Source of the DNA: Nannocystales bacterium
Lineage (GTDB): Bacteria > Myxococcota_A > Polyangia > Nannocystales > Nannocystaceae
Assembly: GCA_050633305.1 (NCBI GenBank)
Contig: JBOEGF010000023.1
Span: 64,001-128,000 of the forward strand
DNA: 64,000 bases
Direction of reading: 5' to 3'
Below the pieces are notes generated by a model. That model was not told where the DNA came from, ran no database searches, and worked only from the letters and a program-made list of their open reading frames with translations. Each line of letters begins with the position of its first letter. Position 1 is the stretch's first letter. Positions 31,501 through 40,485 of the stretch are shown here, piece by piece. The position numbers and the translations under genes were made by a program.

Positions 31501-31697
31501 AGGAGAAGCCGGTCAACGTGTACCGGCTGGTCATCGAGGACACCGTCGAGCAAAAGATGGTCGAACTCGGCAAGCGCAAGCGCGAGGTTGCAGAAGGCGC
31601 GCTGGGGCGCGACGTGACCGCGGGCAAGAAGCTCACGATGGACGACATCGAGAACCTGCTGCTGACACCATCCGCGAACCCCTGGGACAACGCGTAG
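28563..31697 (+). CDS. SWIM zinc-finger SNF2-family helicase
   Basis: SWIM CTCP...FCHHAVAL; LADDMGLGKT, DEAQ, SGTP, SLKAGGSGLTLT, DPWWNP, QATDRAHRIGQ. Start approximate (GTG 28563). Confidence 0.95.
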   Translation: MNKIETFLPLVETDALIRLASPKALKAGQELFKKGAASGLVLEGDKVSGKVMGSHPKPHMPALCLSKKNQLEAECTCPTYTDGWEKFCHHAVALAMELAKQYKAGGEISTTHNPWVSGMAGNKTSRQRRYQIQPQAGGTWLVTAFQSGRSMKAKASQQRDGAHPADKLIEHYLEQEVDRADDGAHELEDPALSGLLYFARDAQISLKGVGKLNFVDEPVVLRVQAEARRDANVDLHAFLEHEASGRTFEVEEGRVVGGAPTWFIHTESCEIFQVKDTPPWVLSSIRAQSRIVMDSKVDADQMDSLSTQLESVGVPRADLFALASDARSIEQLVATIEGDSSRVRVQLTARYGNVTLSIGGTDPESARYTMNAGDESISFYRDLDAEAQARRVLKEHGLKWQPKDEAFVARDDAAIEFLIAGLPMLPEHWEKRIPKLPKIRSKSPSPRVSVSSGDGSVLDVEAIVDVEGEADLISFRDLLRWLHEGRRWITLADGSVVKLDAKILAPLADAAGDIQFDKHGKAEVSTLELGNLSRLLSEAPTTKVETEVKKLLKSMTGERASRAPRKAKALGAKLRDYQKSGFAWLWQLHQNRMTGILADDMGLGKTVQAIALLTKAKEEEGPAPSLIVCPTSVLSVWKQEVNKWAPSLSVLVWHGPERAENRRLLKKTDIVVTSYSIMRRDIDELKKIRFRYVALDEAQYIKNWTTSTAKSAKQLKADHKLALSGTPVENHLFDLWAVFDFLAPGFLGKLTEFQKNYVKPIEDGDMKRLEDLQVRIRPFIMRRKKEDVASELPKKTEQTIYCHFNKTQLGLYNRILKAAKSEITGRIDDAGIDKSQMTVLAALTRLRQVCCDPHLLGLPEGTPIPPSAKLEAFKELINDAVGSGRKCLVFSQFVEMQKLLGQALEELEIPYLWLHGGTKNREELVAQFQTKSGPPVFLISLKAGGSGLTLTEADTVIHYDPWWNPAVEDQATDRAHRIGQEKPVNVYRLVIEDTVEQKMVELGKRKREVAEGALGRDVTAGKKLTMDDIENLLLTPSANPWDNA

Positions 31698-31762
31698 CGG
31701 CGGGCACAGCCCTCGACCCGCAGGGCGACCGAATCAGAGTGCTAGGGTCGCCCGGCACCCCG

Positions 31763-33307
31763 ATGCACGACGCCCAGCCATCTCGCCCCTCCCCCTGGCG
31801 ACACACCTCCAGCGTCATCGCGCTGTGTTGCTTCGGCATCGCCTCCGTCCATTGCACGACTCCGGGGTCCACGCAGGACCCGGCGACAGACGGTGGAAAC
31901 AGCACGGGCCTGCTGGACCCATCGTCGGGAACCGGGGAGGAGACGACGTCCGGCTCCACCACCGGCGGGACAGATGCGCCCGAGACCACCTCCGGGTGGA
32001 CCGCTGGGAACGAGTCGGGCGAGACCGGCGATCCGCCGTCCCTCGACGAGCAACTCGCCGAACTCCTCGCGGCGCAAGCCGTCCCGGTCGTCCCGCTCTC
32101 GGCTGTCCCCGCCCAGGATCCTGCCCTCGTCGCGCTCGGAGAGGCGTTGTTCTTCGACCCGATCCTCTCGGGGAACATGGACACTGCGTGCTCCTCCTGT
32201 CACCACCCCGCGTTCGGCTCGAGCGACGGGCTGTCGCTCACGCTGGGGACGGGCGCGGTCGGGGTTGGACCCGCGCGTGCGCAGGGCGCCCATCCGCCGT
32301 TCGTTCCACGCAACTCGCAAGCGCTGTTCAACATCGGCGACCCGAGCTTCACCCGGATGTTCTGGGATGGCCGGGTCGAGTTGGACGCGGACGGAGCACT
32401 GCAAACACCCGCGGGCGCGGACCTGCTTCCCGGTCTCGACTCCGCCCTCGCTGCGCAGGCGATGTTTCCCGTGCTCGACCGACAGGAAATGCGCGGCCAA
32501 CCCGGCGACCTCACGGTTCTCGGTGGGACGAACGAGCTCGCCGTCTTCGTCGACGAGGACCCAGCTGCGATCTGGGCCGCGCTCATGGACAGACTCGGAG
32601 CGATCGAGGCGTACGTCGAGCTCTTCGGCGCAGCGTTTCCGGACCAAGCGTTCGACACCCTCACCTTTGCCGACGCAGCCAACGCGATCGCCGCCTACGA
32701 GAGTGAGGCGTTTTCGTTCCCCAACTCCCCATGGGACGAGTATCTCGGCGGAACGCTTCCGGCGATCTCCGACGCGGCAAAGGTCGGAGCGCTACGCTTC
32801 TACGGTCCAGCGGGGTGCGGTGAGTGCCACTCCGGTCCCTTGCTCACCGATCACGAGTTTCACAGCACCGGGGTCCCGCAGCTGGGCCCGGGCCGAGGCA
32901 CGTCGGCCCCGTTCGACCACGGGCGCGAACTGGTGACCGGCGATCCGCAGGACCGCTTCAGCTTCCGGACACCCTCTTTGCGCAACGTCGAAGTCTCCGC
33001 GCCCTACATGCACAACGGGGCGCTCATCGACTTCGAACGGACGCTGGTCCACTACGCCTCGCCCACGACCAGCATCGAAGACTTCGAGACCAAAGGACTG
33101 CTTCGGGAGTTGGTGCCGACTCTCCAGCAAGATCCCGAGCACATCGAGGAGGTCGTCGCGACGCTCTCCCGCGATCTCGTCCTGGAGCCAAGCTTCATCG
33201 GGCTCTCCAACATCCGGGAGTTCCTGGAAACGCTGACGGATCCCGGCGTCGTCTCGCTGGAAGACATCCGGCCCAAGAGCGTTCCGAGCGGCCTCCCTGT
33301 GCCGTAG
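31763..33307 (+). CDS. Di-heme cytochrome c peroxidase (bCcP/MauG family), probably a lipoprotein
   Basis: LGEALFFDPILS, CSSCH, PRNS, FWDGR, CGECH, FRTPSLRNV, PYMHNG. Confidence 0.92.
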   Translation: MHDAQPSRPSPWRHTSSVIALCCFGIASVHCTTPGSTQDPATDGGNSTGLLDPSSGTGEETTSGSTTGGTDAPETTSGWTAGNESGETGDPPSLDEQLAELLAAQAVPVVPLSAVPAQDPALVALGEALFFDPILSGNMDTACSSCHHPAFGSSDGLSLTLGTGAVGVGPARAQGAHPPFVPRNSQALFNIGDPSFTRMFWDGRVELDADGALQTPAGADLLPGLDSALAAQAMFPVLDRQEMRGQPGDLTVLGGTNELAVFVDEDPAAIWAALMDRLGAIEAYVELFGAAFPDQAFDTLTFADAANAIAAYESEAFSFPNSPWDEYLGGTLPAISDAAKVGALRFYGPAGCGECHSGPLLTDHEFHSTGVPQLGPGRGTSAPFDHGRELVTGDPQDRFSFRTPSLRNVEVSAPYMHNGALIDFERTLVHYASPTTSIEDFETKGLLRELVPTLQQDPEHIEEVVATLSRDLVLEPSFIGLSNIREFLETLTDPGVVSLEDIRPKSVPSGLPVP

Positions 33308-33468
33308 CAACCCGCGTCCTTGCCGCGGGCGCTTCGTCGGAACTCGGCTCTGTGGCCTGAGACCGGGCGTGTTTGCCCAGTCATCGTGGGCGTATTTCAC
33401 GCCGCTCGCGGGGTGGTACATAAGCCGCCAATCCCCCCGGGGACTGTCGGAATCTGAGGTTTTTCTTG

Positions 33469-34728
33469 ATGAACGAACGCATCCTCCCTCTCGTCCTTCT
33501 CCCCGCACTGGCGATCTCGTGCACCTCCGATGGCGGTGAAAACGCATCCGACGAGGGTGGCGCGGTCGACTCCAACGCCAGTACCGGAGTGGGCGGCACG
33601 GAGAGTGCGTCCGACAGCGAGGACCCCTCGGAGACGGACGACGCGGAGACCGGCGAGGCAAGCACGGGCACCGGCGCCGATGGAAGCACCGGTGAGGCGC
33701 CCTCGGGCATCCCGATCCTCGGCGACGGAACGCACGACATCGACAACGTCGAGGTGACCGTCATCTCGTCTCCGGACGATGGACTCAACTTCCCAACCGA
33801 CGTCGAGTTCAAGCCCGGCGAAACCCTCGAGCTGTGGGTGTCCAACCGCGAGGACTTCTCGATCGTCATCTATCAAGACGCGGGCCTTCCCAGCCAGTTC
33901 GCGGACAAGCGGCAAGCCCAGTTCGACAACGGAGCACACTTCCTCGCCAAGCCCGCTGCGCTCGCGTTCAAGGGCGATGGTACGTCGTTCGCCACGGCCC
34001 AGCAGGAGAACGAAGTCACCCAGCCCGGCGACCCTGCCGATGGCGGCTTCATGGGCCCGACGCTTTGGACCGGGGACTACGACGTGTTCCAAGCCGGACA
34101 CCAGACCCACCTCGACATGCTCCACAACAGCCCGCTGTCCTCGGGCATCGCCTGGGAGTCCGAGAACACCTACTGGGTCTTCGACGGCACCCACGGTTCG
34201 CTCACCCGGTACAAGTTCAACGAGACCCACGGCCTCGGCGGCACCGATCACACCGACGGTGAGATCTACCGCTACGCCGACGGAGAGCTGGGCTACGAGC
34301 CCTCGATCCCCTCGCATGTCGTGCTCGACGAGAGCTACGTCTACGCCGCCGACTCTGCAAACGGCCGTATCGTCCGCCTCGACCCCAGCATCGCCGTGGA
34401 GGCCAACTCGATCATCCCGAACTACGACGGTTGCGAGATGGCCTACATGAACGAGGCCGAGCTGATCACCCTCGTCGACGGCAGCACCCTCGAAGCCGAG
34501 ATGACCACGCCATCCGGTCTCGAGTTCCACGACGGCATGTTGTTCACGACCGACCCCGTGCAGGGACGGGTCTTCGCCTTCGACACCGACGGCAACCTGC
34601 TCGACTGGCTGGACACTGGCTTGCCCGCTGGGAGCCTGATGGGCATGGCCTTCGACGACGACGGCAACATGTGGATCGCCGACGCCGCGGGCAACCAGAT
34701 CCGCCGGTTCTCGGTCCCAGGCAAGTAG
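33469..34728 (+). CDS. Lipoprotein with NHL-like beta-propeller
   Basis: Lipobox AISC; repeats LNFPTDVEF, YAADSANGRI, PSGLEF, WIADAAGNQI; MGPTLW and HLDMLH motifs. Confidence 0.85.
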   Translation: MNERILPLVLLPALAISCTSDGGENASDEGGAVDSNASTGVGGTESASDSEDPSETDDAETGEASTGTGADGSTGEAPSGIPILGDGTHDIDNVEVTVISSPDDGLNFPTDVEFKPGETLELWVSNREDFSIVIYQDAGLPSQFADKRQAQFDNGAHFLAKPAALAFKGDGTSFATAQQENEVTQPGDPADGGFMGPTLWTGDYDVFQAGHQTHLDMLHNSPLSSGIAWESENTYWVFDGTHGSLTRYKFNETHGLGGTDHTDGEIYRYADGELGYEPSIPSHVVLDESYVYAADSANGRIVRLDPSIAVEANSIIPNYDGCEMAYMNEAELITLVDGSTLEAEMTTPSGLEFHDGMLFTTDPVQGRVFAFDTDGNLLDWLDTGLPAGSLMGMAFDDDGNMWIADAAGNQIRRFSVPGK

Positions 34729-34777
34729 CTCCGACCAGGCGGATCGAGCTCGCCCGGCGCCCTGCGATGGACCCGGG

Positions 34778-35947
34778 CTATCGGCGGCGACGAAGAGCCG
34801 CAAGCGCCACGAGCAACAGGCCCGGGCCCGCGGGAGCATCCGGGCCGGGCACACGACAGCCTCGTCCGCCTTCTCCTCCGGCACCGCCTGCGCTCATGCC
34901 GTCGTCCCCGGTGGAACCAGACGATGAACTCTCTGTGGCGCTGGATGTCGAGTCGCCCTCTCCGGTCTCGGCACCTCCGGAAGACCCCGCTTCGTCGACG
35001 CAGTCCGGGTCGATGAACACACTGCCCTCGCACTGCGGCGGGTACGGGTCGCCCAGCACAAACACCAGGTCCCGCATGTAATGGGTGTAGCGACGCCCGC
35101 TGGGATCGGTGATGTCCACGCGGATCATGACCGACTCGCCCGCGATCTCCTGCGGTGGGTCGAACTCCAAGGCGAAGCTGTCGCCACGAACCGGATGGTT
35201 GTCGACGAACGGTTCCCAGGTGACCTCCCCTGCAGGCAAGCCCCAGTAGGCGGTGAGAAAGGAACCCTCTTGCGCGCTCGCGCAGCCTTCGATCATCGCC
35301 GTCTCGGTCTGGTCGATGACCTCTTGCGTGTTGTTGATCCCGACGGCGGGTCCGCTCACAGCGGGATCCGGATCGTCGACCACCTTGATCACGCCCGTCC
35401 GCGAACTCCAGATGTTGAGCGGTGGCTCCCAGGTGTAGGCCTCGACCACGTAGGTGCCCGCTGCCAGTTCTGCGGTATCCCAATCGACGCCCTCATCCGC
35501 GGCAGCGAACGTGATCGGGCGCCGTTCGTCGTCCGCGTTGATGCGGTGCCAGCAGTCCGCCCACTCGGCGTTCGACTCCATCACATTGCTCTCGTTGACC
35601 GTCTCGGGAGCGATGCCGATCTCTCGGGCTCGTTCGACATCGGCCTGCGAGATCCACCGGGGCAGGTAGGTTTGGGGATCGAGCGCACGACAGAACCCGA
35701 AGAACTGGTGCCTGCGGCTGTCCTCGACCTCGTCGTCGGTGAGTTCGGTGTCCTCCATCGGGATCGCGTAGTCCAGATGGACGGTGCTGCTCATCGAGCG
35801 ATCGACGATGGTCATGCAAGGCGCGCCCGCCCAATCGACGGGCGTCCGCGGCTCGGGCCCATTACCAGCCTCTGCGGCGGACGCGAGCACGAACACGGAG
35901 GCACCGAAGGCGCCCGCACCGAGTCTCGCTAGACTACGCCCCGACAT
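34778..35947 (-). CDS. Secreted protein with MYXO-CTERM-type sorting signal
   Basis: Signal peptide ending AEA; C-terminus GC...GLLLVALAALRRRR. Confidence 0.85.
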   Translation of the reverse strand: MSGRSLARLGAGAFGASVFVLASAAEAGNGPEPRTPVDWAGAPCMTIVDRSMSSTVHLDYAIPMEDTELTDDEVEDSRRHQFFGFCRALDPQTYLPRWISQADVERAREIGIAPETVNESNVMESNAEWADCWHRINADDERRPITFAAADEGVDWDTAELAAGTYVVEAYTWEPPLNIWSSRTGVIKVVDDPDPAVSGPAVGINNTQEVIDQTETAMIEGCASAQEGSFLTAYWGLPAGEVTWEPFVDNHPVRGDSFALEFDPPQEIAGESVMIRVDITDPSGRRYTHYMRDLVFVLGDPYPPQCEGSVFIDPDCVDEAGSSGGAETGEGDSTSSATESSSSGSTGDDGMSAGGAGGEGGRGCRVPGPDAPAGPGLLLVALAALRRRR

Positions 35948-36063
35948 CCAGCGTGCACGATAGCAGTGCGAGGGCCCGAATTCACGGTCCCTTCGCCCGA
36001 CGGCTTGCCATGCAAGTGGCGCGGCGAGGTTGCGCAGGCGCGCACCTGGTCGTCAACGTCTCC

Positions 36064-37224
36064 TCATTGAGCGACGATCAGCATCCTCAGCCGATCAGTC
36101 GGCTCGTCCTCATCGCTGAGACAGCTCTCGTCCCGGCAGACGATCCGGTCGGCCTGGTCCACGATCACGTCGTAGGTCTCGCCATCCGCGGTCATCACGG
36201 TCCCACTCCCGCCGGTTCCGAGCGTGAGCACCTCGGCGCCGCCGTCGAGATTGATCTCGACCCGTGCACTCAACATCATCTCTCCGTCGGCCGCGCAGAG
36301 TCCGTCTCCGACCTCGACGCCCGAACAGCCTGTGCCCGACACCGAGACCGTGAACGGAGACAGGCCGAGCGGAAGCTCGTTGCTCAGCGAGATCGCGTCC
36401 ACGTAGGCGAACAACAGAACTCCGTCTGCATCATGCAATGAGATCGACGGCTCGGGGTCTGGATGCGCGGTGTCGACCGCGGTGTAGACGACACTGTCAC
36501 CGACATCGAACGGGAGGCTCAACGCGGGCGAACTCTCGTACGAGAACACGGGGAAGCTATCGCCACACGTCAGCCCGACCGTCGATTCGCCGAGGAGAGA
36601 CACGACCGAGCAAGACGCCTCCTCGGCGTACTCGAAGCCGTTGACGAACTCGGGAGTGATGCTCGCCGATGCGTCGCCCACATCGGGGCACTCGGCCGGA
36701 GGCGGCGTGAAGTCGGCGCAGCTCCCGTGATCGGTGGATCCGTCCGACTCGCACAGGTCTGTGTCCGGGTTGCAGACCGACCCGTTGCAGCACTGCTGAG
36801 TGACTCCGGAGTATCCGCAGATATCCCCCGGAGTCAGGCAGCTGTCGGCTGGCTGAGGGAGACACATGGTCCCGCTCGCGTCCTGCACGAGCCCGCCGCA
36901 ACAGTGTCCTCCCTCAGCCGCAGCGGGACTCTCGCCCAGGCCCGCACAGGGCACGCAGAGTCCCTCCGGCAGACAGACCAGGTCGTCACTCGGACAGCTC
37001 CACACCAGCTCGATGCAGTCCGCATGGATCGCATCATCCGCCCCGGACGTGCCCGTAGGGTCCGCATCGGTTTCGGACTCCGCCGGGGTCGTGTCTTCGC
37101 TATCGACACCGCCCGAGCCGCCATCCGTCGCCTGTGGGTCGCCAAGGTTCTGGGTGGCAACGCAAGCCACGCCTGCGAGCGGAAGGGTGCACAAGACCAA
37201 GAAGGAACGAGTCGCCAACGTCAT
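36064..37224 (-). CDS. Cys-rich lipoprotein (cassette 1 cargo)
   Basis: Lipobox GVAC; CC-containing repeats; ATGA overlap with the ECF gene. Confidence 0.85.
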   Translation of the reverse strand: MTLATRSFLVLCTLPLAGVACVATQNLGDPQATDGGSGGVDSEDTTPAESETDADPTGTSGADDAIHADCIELVWSCPSDDLVCLPEGLCVPCAGLGESPAAAEGGHCCGGLVQDASGTMCLPQPADSCLTPGDICGYSGVTQQCCNGSVCNPDTDLCESDGSTDHGSCADFTPPPAECPDVGDASASITPEFVNGFEYAEEASCSVVSLLGESTVGLTCGDSFPVFSYESSPALSLPFDVGDSVVYTAVDTAHPDPEPSISLHDADGVLLFAYVDAISLSNELPLGLSPFTVSVSGTGCSGVEVGDGLCAADGEMMLSARVEINLDGGAEVLTLGTGGSGTVMTADGETYDVIVDQADRIVCRDESCLSDEDEPTDRLRMLIVAQ

Positions 37225-38408
37225 GCACCTGTCATGTCCGGACTCGACGGCTTCTGTGGCGAGCCCGCGCAGCTTTTTTCCAGACGGCGGCGCGACGTCA
37301 TCGCAGGTCGGCGTTCGAGCAAGACCTTCGCCTCAGCCCGAGCTTGAGGCGCCTTCCGCAACGCGCACAGGGCTTCGATCCGCACGACCGCGCGAACATC
37401 GGCGAGGACTCCGTTTGGAAAGCGGGCGGCGTGCGCAACGGTCTCGCGCAACGCCAGTTCCGCCTCGCCACGACCGAGTGCGGCTTGAGCACGCGCCAGC
37501 ATCGCGTTCTCCTCGTTGAGCGTCGACACCGGCTCGGGTACCGCCGCCGACCGTGCCCTCTGCGGGCCCTCGGCGACTCGAGGCTTGTGCGGCACGGCTG
37601 GCTTCACCACCGTAGCGGACGCCGTCGCGGCAACCACGGCGGGAGAGGACGGGAGCGGCAGGAGTCCTGCAGGACCCGGTGGAGGGTTGCTCGCTTCAAC
37701 CCCGGCGAGTGCACGGTTGGACTGCTGCATCTCAGGTCCAGGATTGGGGTCCGCGCCCGGTGTCGCCAGCACAGCAGCACCTCCGACCCCAATCACGAGA
37801 ATCGCGGCGGCCCACCCCACGCTCATCCCCGAGGCGAACAAGGTCATGGGTTTCAGGGCGGGCAGCAACGCCGCCCATCCTCGAGCGGACGCGGCGGGCT
37901 GCTCCTGGCGGGCTTGTTCAGCGATCGCTTCCTCACGCAGCGACCCACGCAGCTTCCGAATACGGGTGTAGATGGTGTTGAGGTTGAGACCCCACGCGGC
38001 GGAGATCTCGGGGCCGGTCATCCCCTCGACCTCCGAGAGCACGAAGAGTTCACGGTCTTCCGCGCTCAGACGATCGAGGTATCGATCCAGGGCGATGATC
38101 GCCTCGGGCACCGACCGGCGAGTGTGAGACTCGACCAAAGACAACGCGTCGGCTCGGGCATCCCGTCGCCGCGCAGAGCGTCGGTGGTTGCTCGCGACCC
38201 GACGAGCGATGGCGTACAGCCACGCCTTCGAGGAGCCAGCGAACGTCTCCCGCCGCCGATACGCGATGACAAACACGTCCTGCAGCGCGTCTTCGAGCGC
38301 CGCGCCGTTGAGCCCGAACCGATGCAACGCATGCCAAACGAAGCCGTGATGGGCCTGGTAGACCTCCCTGAACTCTCGGGGGTCCGAAAACGCGGTGGCA
38401 AGCGACAT
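37221..38408 (-). CDS. ECF sigma factor fused to a TM and periplasmic TPR-like anti-sigma-type domain
   Basis: Region 2 EDALQDVF...KAWLYAIARR; region 4 LSEVEGMTGPEIS...NTIYTRIR; TM WAAAILVIGVGGAAVL; C-terminal LNEENAMLARAQ...FPNGVLADVR...EALC. Confidence 0.9.
   Translation of the reverse strand: MSLATAFSDPREFREVYQAHHGFVWHALHRFGLNGAALEDALQDVFVIAYRRRETFAGSSKAWLYAIARRVASNHRRSARRRDARADALSLVESHTRRSVPEAIIALDRYLDRLSAEDRELFVLSEVEGMTGPEISAAWGLNLNTIYTRIRKLRGSLREEAIAEQARQEQPAASARGWAALLPALKPMTLFASGMSVGWAAAILVIGVGGAAVLATPGADPNPGPEMQQSNRALAGVEASNPPPGPAGLLPLPSSPAVVAATASATVVKPAVPHKPRVAEGPQRARSAAVPEPVSTLNEENAMLARAQAALGRGEAELALRETVAHAARFPNGVLADVRAVVRIEALCALRKAPQARAEAKVLLERRPAMTSRRRLEKSCAGSPQKPSSPDMTGA
37230..37262 (-). 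promoter_or_regulatory. Cassette 1 bipartite motif, copy A (putative ECF promoter for the lipoprotein)
   Basis: TCGCCACAGAAGCCGTCGAGTCCGGACATGACA, ending 5 nt before ATG 37224; 27/33 identical to the copy at 38414-38446. Confidence 0.75.
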
Positions 38409-38413
38409 GACAG

Positions 38414-38446
38414 TGTCATGTCCAGACTACGCCGATTCTGTGGCGA
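38414..38446 (-). promoter_or_regulatory. Cassette 1 bipartite motif, copy B (putative autoregulatory ECF promoter)
   Basis: TCGCCACAGAATCGGCGTAGTCTGGACATGACA, ending 5 nt before ATG 38408. Confidence 0.75.
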
Positions 38447-39434
38447 AGAAGATCTTCAAACCCACAACGAGCCGAAGCGAGGCCGCCCACGTCGAAAAAG
38501 ATGACTCGCCGCCCAACAGGACGTCGGTGCGCATGACGGGCACGAGCGCTTCTGCGGCCGAAAACGCACCGACTCTCCCCCAGCGCCGCTCAATACCGAC
38601 ACGGGCGCCAGTTGCGACCCACGGAGAGACCAACTGGTTGGCAGGCTCGAGCCCGCGACTTCCCACGTGGATCCCGCCCGCCTCGAAGACGAAGCACAAC
38701 GGGAGACGAAGGTCCCCCTCCAGCGGGTTGCCACAACCCACAACGCCCGCCGCGCCCATCTGCGCGAGGCCCGACGCGCCGAGAACCACATCGGTCTGAC
38801 GCGGAGCCCCGTAGAGCGCATGCACCCCGACCGACGCGCGTCGCCACTGCGCGCCGACGGTGAGCCGTGGCCCACCGCTGATACCCGGCAGCGCACCAAA
38901 CTCCAACTGGGGCGCCAGCGCGACGAAGCCCCTCTCCGGCACCAAGCGTGTCTGCCTTCGCGACGGGATCGCGGCAGACGTTTGAGGTTCAGCCGGTCCT
39001 GCGCCCGCCCGAGTCACCGGGGCCCTCCGCGGCGGCTCCTCTTCGAGTGGGACGGGGTCAGGCTCCGACGGTGGCTGTGGCTGTGGCGTCGAAGTCTCGG
39101 TGTAGGGGTCAACGGATACCGAGACGAACAGCGCGGCCGCTTGCACCACCGCGTCGCAGTCGGGATCGCGAATCGATCGCTCGTCTTCGAGATCCCCAAG
39201 GCGGGTTCGCAGCCTCAGCTCGAACGCTCCATCGGACGCCTCGACGACACCATCGACGAACAGGGTGCCGTCCCCGTCCGGGTCGAGCGGCGCGAGCTCC
39301 AGAACACGCTGGCGAAGCGCATCTTCGTCTGGACACTCCTGCGGCGCAGTCCAGGCGATCTCGAGAATCGCGGGTCGAGGCGATGGCGCCGGAGGAACAA
39401 CGAACGCCAGGAGCAGCGTCCCGAGTCCGAACAT
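38427..39434 (-). CDS. Exported protein: WxAPxxCP domain, Pro-rich linker and probable OM beta-barrel (cassette 1)
   Basis: Signal peptide; AWTAPQECPD; amphipathic strands ending LRLVVGLKIFF; paralogous to 43258-44265. Confidence 0.8.
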   Translation of the reverse strand: MFGLGTLLLAFVVPPAPSPRPAILEIAWTAPQECPDEDALRQRVLELAPLDPDGDGTLFVDGVVEASDGAFELRLRTRLGDLEDERSIRDPDCDAVVQAAALFVSVSVDPYTETSTPQPQPPSEPDPVPLEEEPPRRAPVTRAGAGPAEPQTSAAIPSRRQTRLVPERGFVALAPQLEFGALPGISGGPRLTVGAQWRRASVGVHALYGAPRQTDVVLGASGLAQMGAAGVVGCGNPLEGDLRLPLCFVFEAGGIHVGSRGLEPANQLVSPWVATGARVGIERRWGRVGAFSAAEALVPVMRTDVLLGGESSFSTWAASLRLVVGLKIFFATESA

Positions 39435-39895
39435 CAGGAAGGGACCGTCTTCGTCCCGGACACCGGTACTCGGATGTCACTCACGTCGTAGAGCGTCGCG
39501 GCAAGTCGGTTCGCCAACGGATAGCGAATCCAGGACCCCTGCAAGGCGCTACCGGCGAAACGAAGTGAGATCAGAATCAGCACAAGGTAGACCGCGACGA
39601 TGAGACCACCCCCCAGAAGCATGATCAGACGAAGCGACTCGGGCATCGCAGCGTTGGGGTCGGGCATGCCTTCCTGCAGCACCACCCATGCCGTCCCTCC
39701 ACCGATCAAGACCGCTCCCACGACCGCGGCCGTAAGCATGCTGAGGAACGACAGCGCGGCCTGGAGCGCGTGAAAGCCGACGAACTTGGAGGTCTTGTAG
39801 CTCAGCGCAAAAATGATGAGCGGGACCACCGGGCCGAACGCACCCGAGACTGCCCAGGCAAGGGCCGCCATTCGTTTCTCGCGCTCGTCGGGCAT
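39434..39895 (-). CDS. DUF4870-like membrane protein
   Basis: EKRMAALAW...GPVVPLII...SKFVGFHALQA...YP; TGATG overlap with the next gene. Confidence 0.75.
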   Translation of the reverse strand: MPDEREKRMAALAWAVSGAFGPVVPLIIFALSYKTSKFVGFHALQAALSFLSMLTAAVVGAVLIGGGTAWVVLQEGMPDPNAAMPESLRLIMLLGGGLIVAVYLVLILISLRFAGSALQGSWIRYPLANRLAATLYDVSDIRVPVSGTKTVPS

Positions 39896-40026
39896 GGGGC
39901 AGGAAGATAGCAGCACACCTCTGCGCCGTCGACGCGCGAGGGTCCCCCATCGGAACTCCGTGTTGGCCAAAAATGGACACCGAACACAGTTCCAACGGTG
40001 TTCCGGGCTGGTACGCTAGGCTTGAG

Positions 40027-40425
40027 ATGGCGCGTCATGTCCTGCTCGATACCGAGCTGGTCCTGCTGGTGTGGGACCCCCACAAGAGCGCCGTGATCAT
40101 GACGCGGACGGAGGCCGAACTTCCGCGCGAACTCAATGCTCTCCGTGCGTTCTTCGAGTCGCTCGTGGCAGCGGTCGCTCCGATCAACCGTCCCTCGAAC
40201 GACTTTGTCATCGACGCCCGGGCCTCGATGGGCCGCAACGACGAGGCCTTCGAAACCGTGAAGCGAGAATTCGAGAACAAGCTCTTCGGCGGTTTCAAGA
40301 ACGTCTCAGTGGTGCTGCTGACGGAGGTTGGACGGCTTCAGGTCCAGCGCTACAACGACGACCTGACCGATCAAGACATGTTGGTGTTCCCAACGGTCGA
40401 CGAAGCCCTTGAACGCACGCAGTAG
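40027..40425 (+). CDS. Small cytoplasmic STAS/SEC14-like protein (paralog 1)
   Basis: VIDARASMGRNDEAFE, GRLQVQRY and VFPTVDEAL motifs shared with the neighbouring gene. Confidence 0.72.
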   Translation: MARHVLLDTELVLLVWDPHKSAVIMTRTEAELPRELNALRAFFESLVAAVAPINRPSNDFVIDARASMGRNDEAFETVKREFENKLFGGFKNVSVVLLTEVGRLQVQRYNDDLTDQDMLVFPTVDEALERTQ

Positions 40426-40485
40426 CGGGCCCCGTTCCACATCGGAACCGAACCGCGGACGCCACCGCCCTACGATCGATTCAAG

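Noticed and set aside
28563..31697. SNF2 helicase as part of an anti-phage system
   Set aside because: The SWIM-SNF2 architecture and highly biased codons look like a core gene; the neighbouring methyltransferase is RsmC-like and no defence partners are present.
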